Shown here: one piece after another, positions 57,010 to 64,000 of the stretch
Layout: the number at the start of each line of letters is the position of its first letter
Numbering within the stretch: position 1 is the stretch's first letter
Source of the DNA: an uncultured Clostridia bacterium
GTDB lineage: Bacteria > Bacillota > Clostridia > Christensenellales > UBA1242
Direction: 5' to 3'
Length of the DNA stretch: 64,000 nt
Assembly (NCBI GenBank): GCA_944377415.1
Contig: CALWEW010000002.1
Span: 1-64,000, forward strand
Position numbers and translations under genes: made by a program
Notes under the pieces: generated by a model
The model's database searches: none
What the model was told of the DNA's origin: nothing
The model's input: the letters and a program-made list of their open reading frames with translations, nothing else

Positions 57010-57879
57010 ATGAAGAAAGCAATAATATCAATACTCTTAATACTCCCCTTTCTCCTGATTGTTGTAATCTCAATTGCAGGGCGTATTTATGGTGATTATG
57101 ACTATGTAGAAGTTACTAATGTTTATTTCACTGACGATGAAGGAACAGCACTAGACTTAAACTCCGCCTTTTCGATTGACTTAGGCTTGCCTACTCAAAT
57201 GTATTACACCGTTTTACCCGAAAATGCATCAAACAAAAATGTTACATTTTCGTCATCCAACCCGAACATTGCCACAATTGATGCTAACGGAATAATTACA
57301 GGAAACGCGATTGGCACGGCAGATATCACAATTTCAACCTACAACATGTCATCAACAATTCATGTAAGTGTTGTCGAAGACATGGTTCACGAAGTAATTT
57401 TGAACCGAGAAACAATCACGGGAAATGTTGGAGGAACGGCTCAACTTTCTGTTACGATTTTACCTTCCACAGCAGTAAATCAAAATGTAACATGGACATC
57501 GTCTAACCCCGAAATTTGTTCAGTAAACAGTTATGGCACACTGACATTCCATTCAGTAGGAACAGCAACAATCACAGCAACATCAACCGACCCTAATCGT
57601 CCATTTGATACATGCATCGTAACAGTAACTGACGACCCGATAATCGAGTTTACAGTCGAAAATCTAGTCGTACATGAGCCAACTCTCGACCTAACAAACT
57701 ACCTTACAGGTGATTTGACTGACCTGACAAAAATTAATTTTGAAATAATTAGTGGAAATTGTACAATCGCAGATGACGGGCATACTCTCACATTTAATAC
57801 ATTTGACAGTGCTGAAATCCGTGTTTACTTTGATGGGAATCACGATGTGTACGACTCAATTAGAATTTACTATAACTAG
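57010..57879 (+). CDS. Membrane-anchored protein with two bacterial Ig-like group 2 (Big_2) domains.
   Basis: Two Big_2 signatures: VLPENASNKNVTFSSSNPNIATIDANGIITGNAIGTADITIST and a second VTWTSSNPEICSVNSYGTLTFHSVGTATITAT. Confidence 0.8.
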   Translation: MKKAIISILLILPFLLIVVISIAGRIYGDYDYVEVTNVYFTDDEGTALDLNSAFSIDLGLPTQMYYTVLPENASNKNVTFSSSNPNIATIDANGIITGNAIGTADITISTYNMSSTIHVSVVEDMVHEVILNRETITGNVGGTAQLSVTILPSTAVNQNVTWTSSNPEICSVNSYGTLTFHSVGTATITATSTDPNRPFDTCIVTVTDDPIIEFTVENLVVHEPTLDLTNYLTGDLTDLTKINFEIISGNCTIADDGHTLTFNTFDSAEIRVYFDGNHDVYDSIRIYYN

Positions 57880-57891
57880 GGGGAAAATAAA

Positions 57892-60399
57892 ATGAGTACC
57901 ATAACTAAAAATCATAGAATTTCAATAGCGATTATAATGGTCATGCTTATAGTAACACCTTTCGTGCTTGCTGCTTGTGGCGACGACAAACCACAAATTA
58001 CAAGCATAACGATAGAAGTTCAAAACGGAACAACTTCTGTCGCACCTGATAGCACATATACAATAAAGATAAAAGGCAATACTGGCGAAGAAATAACAGA
58101 AAACTACACCTTGCAAATTACTGACGGCAACGAAATTGCCACATTAAACAATAACACTTTGATTATCTTAGACAGTGCACAACCTGATGACACGGTTACA
58201 CTTTCGGCAACATACAACAACTTAACTGCAACAACGACCCTAAATGTTACCGCCGTTCCTGCAACAAGTGTTACATTAAACAACGAATCAGACGAAGTTT
58301 TTGCTGGTGAAATTATAGAATTATCTGCTTCCGTCCTTCCACAAAATAGCACCGAAAAAGTAAACTTCGTTGCATCAAGTGGTGCAACTGTTACGGATAA
58401 CCGTCTAATAATTGATTCAAACGCAACAACTGGTACGCAAATTACTGTCCGCGCAACAGCAGGCAGTGTAGAGTCTAGTCCTATAACTTTTACCGTTATA
58501 GAATTTCAATCCGAAAATGTAGTTGGCATTAATATTGAAAATAGAACCAACTTTTCAAACAACACTCTCACTATCGACACGGCTCGCACAACCTCTGCTC
58601 GCCTCCTCGTAAGCCTTACATTACTTGAAAATGACACATTTAAAACTGTATTCCACAACGGAATTACATACTCAGTCGCTGATGACAGCGTTCTGTCAAT
58701 CGACAACTTAGGGAACATCACTCCGCTTAAAAACGGAACAACACAAGTAACCGCAACATTTGGCACAATTGACAAAACAATTACTGTGAAAGTAATTATG
58801 CTCCCGACTACTATTTACATGCCAGAAAACTACCGCGACACCGAAGTCGAATATAACTTCGCCGTAGGTACTGAAATTGCTGACTTTGTTCCCGCTTATT
58901 TTGAGCAAAACGGTGCCGATGATTATGCCTTGAATGTTTACTCGGGCGACACTCTCGCCGCACGCTTTGAAACTGTTGACGGCGAAACTTCAGCAACCGT
59001 ACAAAATTCAAGCATTACATATGATGGCAACATTTTGAGCGGAACAGAAATAGCAACCTACTCTATGGCGTTTGAAACAATCACAGGTAGTGTAAATGAG
59101 CGTGAAACTGCGCGCATTTCAATGGCTTTTAACAACGGTATAAATGTATCGACAAAAGATGGACTCAAAAATGCAATTAATCAAAGTGGTACAAAACTTA
59201 TAAATATTATTAACGACATCACCATAAGTGGCAGTAGTGAAAACTTTGTAAGTTACGGCAATATTACTATTAATGGTAACGGTTTTACTCTTGATGCAAG
59301 CAATCAACTTTTTGGCACAAATCAAGGCTACGATAACACAAATTTCTTTGATTTTAAACCCGTAAATAATACGACTCCATACAGCGTAACTGTTCGTGAT
59401 TTTGAAGTAGTAGGCGGCTTTGGCTACATGAGTGCCGAACAAATCTTTGAAAAAATCAAAGCGGGCGACCCCACATCAACCATTACTGTAGACGACCTCA
59501 AAAATGGCACCAACGGAGTTAATGCCTCGTTCTTTGACAAAATCTACTACAAAACTGCATTTAGGGTTGATAATGATTTCTATGAACCAAATGGCACGCT
59601 TTATGCTTACGCAATTCCCTATTTTAAAAATGTAGATATTCGAAACTTTGCAACTGGAATTAAAATTTATTATGGTGTCGATGAAATTGCGCTCGGCACG
59701 GGCAACCACCCTGCCGTCGAAGATGTTTCAATATACAACATGTTTGCAGACGGTATAACATTTGAGGCAAGTATTATCAATATTGACGGTGTTGAAATGG
59801 GCATGGTCGGCGGTTCTCCCCTTGCAATGAATGGAGCCGATAGGTCAAACCACGCAGGTGGCTACCGCGATGAAGATGCACATACTAATGTTTACGGTGA
59901 TATAGTAATTGATAACCGCACAGATGGTAACGGCTTATATTTAAGATATCAGATGCTTCGTGATGACTCATCAAATGCAATAAAAGCAATATTTAATGCA
60001 TTCGGTGGTAGTGTTTCTGCAATCATAAATACAGTTATTTCAGCACTTATTAGCACAATTAACTCCTACTATCCTAACGACCCTGAAACTTTACAAAAAA
60101 TCAGCGATAGTTACACAAATGTTATGCAACGCGATAGTGAAGGACGCGACCTATTCAACTTGTTCTACTTCAACGCAACCGAAGCAGGAACTTTTGAAAT
60201 AACAGATACCGATTCTATCGTAAAATTTGATAGCAATTTCTGCATTAATGGTATAGACACAACTCACAAATTCATTGAAATTGATTTCTATACAGTATTT
60301 GAGCAAAGTGGCTTACTCGGCATATTCAACACACCCGAAATTCTAAATGCTTTGCGCCCGATAAAAGTCATCGCAATGAACTATAACTATCAAGCGTAA
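57892..60399 (+). CDS. Surface lipoprotein (835 aa; lipobox LAACG) with N-terminal Ig-like repeats and a probable right-handed beta-helix region.
   Basis: Signal peptide + Cys. T/N-rich Ig-like modules. GINVSTKDGLKNAINQSGTKLINIINDITISGSSENFVSYGNITINGNGFTL resembles pectate-lyase-fold repeats. Confidence 0.7.
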   Translation: MSTITKNHRISIAIIMVMLIVTPFVLAACGDDKPQITSITIEVQNGTTSVAPDSTYTIKIKGNTGEEITENYTLQITDGNEIATLNNNTLIILDSAQPDDTVTLSATYNNLTATTTLNVTAVPATSVTLNNESDEVFAGEIIELSASVLPQNSTEKVNFVASSGATVTDNRLIIDSNATTGTQITVRATAGSVESSPITFTVIEFQSENVVGINIENRTNFSNNTLTIDTARTTSARLLVSLTLLENDTFKTVFHNGITYSVADDSVLSIDNLGNITPLKNGTTQVTATFGTIDKTITVKVIMLPTTIYMPENYRDTEVEYNFAVGTEIADFVPAYFEQNGADDYALNVYSGDTLAARFETVDGETSATVQNSSITYDGNILSGTEIATYSMAFETITGSVNERETARISMAFNNGINVSTKDGLKNAINQSGTKLINIINDITISGSSENFVSYGNITINGNGFTLDASNQLFGTNQGYDNTNFFDFKPVNNTTPYSVTVRDFEVVGGFGYMSAEQIFEKIKAGDPTSTITVDDLKNGTNGVNASFFDKIYYKTAFRVDNDFYEPNGTLYAYAIPYFKNVDIRNFATGIKIYYGVDEIALGTGNHPAVEDVSIYNMFADGITFEASIINIDGVEMGMVGGSPLAMNGADRSNHAGGYRDEDAHTNVYGDIVIDNRTDGNGLYLRYQMLRDDSSNAIKAIFNAFGGSVSAIINTVISALISTINSYYPNDPETLQKISDSYTNVMQRDSEGRDLFNLFYFNATEAGTFEITDTDSIVKFDSNFCINGIDTTHKFIEIDFYTVFEQSGLLGIFNTPEILNALRPIKVIAMNYNYQA

Positions 60400-60576
60400 T
60401 AAAAAGAGAACACCATTTGAAGTGGTGTTTTCTTTTTATTTCATTTTTATACAAAAACTAACTTTTTATATAATAATTAATAATTATAATATTATAATTA
60501 TTACACAAAATAGTTGCACATAAATTTAGCATGTGTTAAAATATTTCCATACTTTAATTAAAAGGAGAAAAAAAGT

Positions 60577-63564
60577 ATGACAAAGACAAGAAGTTTAAGT
60601 CTAACTGCGCTTTTAGTAGTCGTGCTCGGGTGCATTTTCTTGCTAGCAGCATGTGGCGAAACGCAGTATAGATTAAACGCGACCGCAAGTGTTGGTGGGT
60701 CTGTGTCTGGCGCGGGCGAAATTGCCGAAGGGCAAACTGCAACTCTAACAGCGACTCCCGATGCTGGATACAAATTTGTCGGCTGGTATGATAATGCTGA
60801 ATACACTGGCGATGCATACAGCACAGCAAACCCGCTTGTCATAACCGTTACGCAAGACTTGTCTTTCTATGCTCTTTTTGATGAGTTGGAAAGATATACC
60901 ATTTCGGTGGTTGCTGGTAACGGCGGTTCTGTTTCTGGTAACGGCGACTACTACGAAAACTCAACAACCACGATTGCTGCGACAGCAAACGCAGGATACT
61001 ATTTCGTAGGCTGGTACACTGAAGCGAACGGCATGGGCGAACTTATTAGCACTAGCGCAAATCTTGAAGTAAATGTAACTCAAGACCAAACTTATTACGC
61101 TTACTTTGACACTATAAACAAAGGTGTTACAGTAAACACAATCGGCAATGGTACTGTAACAGGTGCTGGCGAACATGAAAAGGGCGATGAAGTAACTCTT
61201 ACCGCTACCGCAAGCGAAGGATACTATTTCGCTGGTTGGTACTCAACTTCAGACGCTTCTGGACTCCCTGTTTCAAGTGCAAACCCTTATACATTTACAC
61301 TTGAAAATGATACTGTATTGTATGCTTTGTTTAACACTAAACCGTCAGTACTAATTGACCGTATCTTAAACGGTGCATACAATACTTATGCAACATTTGA
61401 CTCAAACGAGCAAGAAAAAACTGCTTATAATGTAAATGCTGATGTTGATATCACTTTGGATATTCCAGGCACGATAGAAGGAATTGTCGTAAATCTCAGT
61501 GCAAATGCATCTCTTGATACCACAACCCAAACAGGAATTGCTGAAATAGAACTCGCTTTGGGTGGAAATAAGGATGCAGGCGAATTATTGCTATTAGGCA
61601 TTTATTATGTAGACACCGCTGATGACCAAATGCTTTACATTGACTTAGGTCAACTGTTAAGCAGCATGCTCGGAGCACAACAACAATATGCAATCAACTT
61701 TGATTCATTGCTTAAAATGCTCGACTTCACGGCTCCCGACTTCCCTGATGCATCTAATGAAGTTTGGAACATAGACAATATTATTTCTCAAATAACTGAC
61801 AATGCATTGTTGCAACAAGTTATCTCGGGCGTTTTAAACACAAACACACTCAATGTGTTTACAAATATAACAAATAATGCTAACGACCTTTCGTTTGATG
61901 TGAATCTCACAACTATACTTAACTTATTAAAGAATATTGACCTCGGAGAAACATTCTCGCAGGTAATGGAAGTTTTAACAGGTGCCTACGCAAATGGTTC
62001 ACTCCCTGCCCTAACACTAGGTGTAAATGCAGGTTTTGAAACTGTAAGCGACCTTGAATACTTGCGCAGTGCAGGGCTTAGTCTTAACATTGGCGACGAA
62101 TACTCATTAAATCTCGGCGAAGGTACACAAATTACACTTCCTTCGATGACATTAGGTATCACTGTAAATGAGTTAAGCATGGGATTTGGCGATGCAAATA
62201 CTAATGTTAGTGATATTGAAACTCAATTTGCAAATGTAAATGCAATCAACGCACTTAACTTGCATGTTGGGGCAGACTTTAACATTTACAGCGGTGAAAA
62301 CGGCGAAACAACTGACCACGCTTACCGCCTTGAAGTAAACACCGACATTGACCCGTTTGCTATCATTCCTGCAATAAAGACCGTTGACGGTGCAACCACA
62401 TTTGATGTAAACGCGATTGATTGGGAAAACTTGGGCTTCCTTAGCGTCCGTATCTACGACCCCGAAGGTATTGAAAACGACTACTTAAACATTCTTTATG
62501 ACTCTGAAATTAGTACACAAGTTTACATCTACGCCAACTTTGTAAACCCGATTGAAATTTGGGATGCTGGTGGAGAATTTACTTCGCCAAGTATGATGTA
62601 TTCATTTAGTTTCAATTCGGCTTTTGAGATTGAAGCATTTATTACTTGGATACAAGATTTCATTACTAATTTAAATACATTATTAAACCCCGAAGCAACT
62701 GCTAGTGTAAACAGCATGGCATTACTTACTAACGAAGACACCACGAGCGACACTGTTACAGAAACAGCGCCAGCAACTGCTGACATTATATTAAACGCGC
62801 TTATGAGTTTAATTAATGGTAAAAACTTTAACAAAGTTGCAACCGACACGATTTTATCACTTGTTCCAGATTATACAATCGTTGGCAAAGGGCTTACATA
62901 TGACGAAACAAAAGGCATGGTTTTAGACATAACCCCACTTGACTTGCGTTTTGATATTCCTTTAACTGCCGACACAACATACTACATTGACTTTGCAAAA
63001 ACTTTCTTTGGCGAAAATGGTACTCACATTTCACTCAAATTTGACGAAATAAGTTATGGTTCAATTTGTGCTAGAGATAGCGAAAATGATGTAATTAACC
63101 CTAAAACTCAAATTAGTTTCGAAGATGAAATGCTTGCCGACAGTAGCGAAAAGTGGGCTGACCAACAGACCAGCCAAATGATTGAAAGCATTGTAAGCAG
63201 TGATGAAATAGATGCTATAAATATGACACAAGAAGAACTGGAAAATCTTAAAATATCATTCAATACATCAATGTTTAGCATTGACGGTTCTTATAAAGCA
63301 ACAGTAAAATCAGTTGCGGGCGATAATTTTGAAGTTACCGTTGCTGTTAAAGACACAATTATAAACAGCGTTGATAGTGAAACAAATACAGCAAATGTAA
63401 CATTTATCCTAACAATAATGGAAGATGAAGGAATTATTGCATCATATACAAATTTCTTGACAGCAATTCTAATGGCTCCGCTCATGATGCAAACAACTCT
63501 ACCCGATATTTCAATTCCATTTGGTCTATACACCTACACAACAACTGTTACACTTACTGAATAA
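60577..63564 (+). CDS. Surface lipoprotein (995 aa; lipobox LAACG) with four Listeria-Bacteroides (InlB B-repeat-type) domains and a large C-terminal region of unknown fold.
   Basis: Four modules of the form GYKFVGWYDNAEY…, GYYFVGWYTEANG…, GYYFAGWYSTSDA… (GY.F.GWY). SD aaaggagaaaaaaag. Confidence 0.8.
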   Translation: MTKTRSLSLTALLVVVLGCIFLLAACGETQYRLNATASVGGSVSGAGEIAEGQTATLTATPDAGYKFVGWYDNAEYTGDAYSTANPLVITVTQDLSFYALFDELERYTISVVAGNGGSVSGNGDYYENSTTTIAATANAGYYFVGWYTEANGMGELISTSANLEVNVTQDQTYYAYFDTINKGVTVNTIGNGTVTGAGEHEKGDEVTLTATASEGYYFAGWYSTSDASGLPVSSANPYTFTLENDTVLYALFNTKPSVLIDRILNGAYNTYATFDSNEQEKTAYNVNADVDITLDIPGTIEGIVVNLSANASLDTTTQTGIAEIELALGGNKDAGELLLLGIYYVDTADDQMLYIDLGQLLSSMLGAQQQYAINFDSLLKMLDFTAPDFPDASNEVWNIDNIISQITDNALLQQVISGVLNTNTLNVFTNITNNANDLSFDVNLTTILNLLKNIDLGETFSQVMEVLTGAYANGSLPALTLGVNAGFETVSDLEYLRSAGLSLNIGDEYSLNLGEGTQITLPSMTLGITVNELSMGFGDANTNVSDIETQFANVNAINALNLHVGADFNIYSGENGETTDHAYRLEVNTDIDPFAIIPAIKTVDGATTFDVNAIDWENLGFLSVRIYDPEGIENDYLNILYDSEISTQVYIYANFVNPIEIWDAGGEFTSPSMMYSFSFNSAFEIEAFITWIQDFITNLNTLLNPEATASVNSMALLTNEDTTSDTVTETAPATADIILNALMSLINGKNFNKVATDTILSLVPDYTIVGKGLTYDETKGMVLDITPLDLRFDIPLTADTTYYIDFAKTFFGENGTHISLKFDEISYGSICARDSENDVINPKTQISFEDEMLADSSEKWADQQTSQMIESIVSSDEIDAINMTQEELENLKISFNTSMFSIDGSYKATVKSVAGDNFEVTVAVKDTIINSVDSETNTANVTFILTIMEDEGIIASYTNFLTAILMAPLMMQTTLPDISIPFGLYTYTTTVTLTE

Positions 63565-64000
63565 GAAACCTTTTCACACTCCAACCATAAAACCCTAACA
63601 AAGTGATTAAATTTTGCGGCTTAGTCTATAAAAATGAATAGCATAGTTGCAAAACAGCACTTAAAATTACTCAAAAAAGCAAACAAGCAAAACCACCGCT
63701 TGTTTGTTTTTATTTTTAGACAAATGTTAAAAAACTTTGTTTACTCGTTTTTGATTGATTATTTTCGCTTTTTATTTTATAATCGTTTTATCACTTATTT
63801 AAGTACTTATTTTACTATTTCTTTGAGTACTTCTTTTTGTAGCCTTGCGCCACTACATAGTTTTTAGTCGCAAAATATTTTATCTTATAGCACAAAATAT
63901 TAGTACTACACAAAAAAACAAAATCAAAATATAGATTTATTATCAATCTTTTTAATTAAATAAAATCATTAAAAACAAAAAGTAAATTAAAGGAAAAAAT

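Noticed and set aside
63634-63867. 77-aa ORF at the window end.
   Set aside because: No SD and a low-complexity hydrophobic/aromatic composition. It lies in an AT-rich trailer downstream of the lipoprotein gene.

Overview
This is a low-GC, AT-rich window that reads like a Firmicutes/Mollicutes-type chromosome, with SpoVG, two PlsY paralogs, an Amidase_3 with PG-binding domains, and Asn- and Lys-rich low-complexity tails on many proteins. The housekeeping backbone is: U32 peptidase, MscS channel, P1B heavy-metal ATPase, YjbR, GNAT, SpoVG, a five-tRNA operon (Arg-His-Gln-Gln-Lys, minus strand), a DUF2974 hydrolase, MurNAc-LAA amidase, DUF1858 protein, SPFH/YdjI-like protein, PRC-barrel protein, tandem plsY paralogs, der, feoAB, nrdR, helD, and an OmpR-type two-component system. 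The 3' third holds two paralogous accessory modules, each ABC ATPase + ABC-2-like permease + Ig-like protein + large lipoprotein. One copy is on the minus strand (42.2-50.1 kb) and one on the plus strand (54.5-63.6 kb), separated by a thioesterase, a low-complexity membrane protein and a lone 514-aa protein of unknown function. No CRISPR array, transposase, integrase or recognisable restriction/defence enzyme is visible. The most distinctive signals are non-coding. (i) A family of five or more short elements whose terminal inverted repeats are tandem octamers (TTAGGAAT/TTAGGAGT, TTGCTAAT, TTTGAATT). One encloses a four-helix-bundle (23S-IVS/Avd-like) gene inserted inside the minus-strand transporter module, and one encloses a glycine-zipper membrane-protein gene. 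(ii) Two paralogous GC-rich structured elements that share a tgtgcgctRgcgcgcaagccc head. (iii) A promoter-driven pair of ~100-nt tandem repeats with conserved ends and a variable ~33-nt core, next to the tRNA operon. (iv) A candidate sRNA. The best protein-level candidates for an undescribed system are two operons of unrecognisable proteins: 8948-11405 (302-aa unknown + zinc-ribbon + PH-SHOCT + beta-helix protein) and 32311-34904 (three unknown proteins downstream of the two-component system). A further one is the membrane-domain::ABC-ATPase fusion that keeps an internal SD+ATG. None of these could be assigned to a known family from sequence alone.
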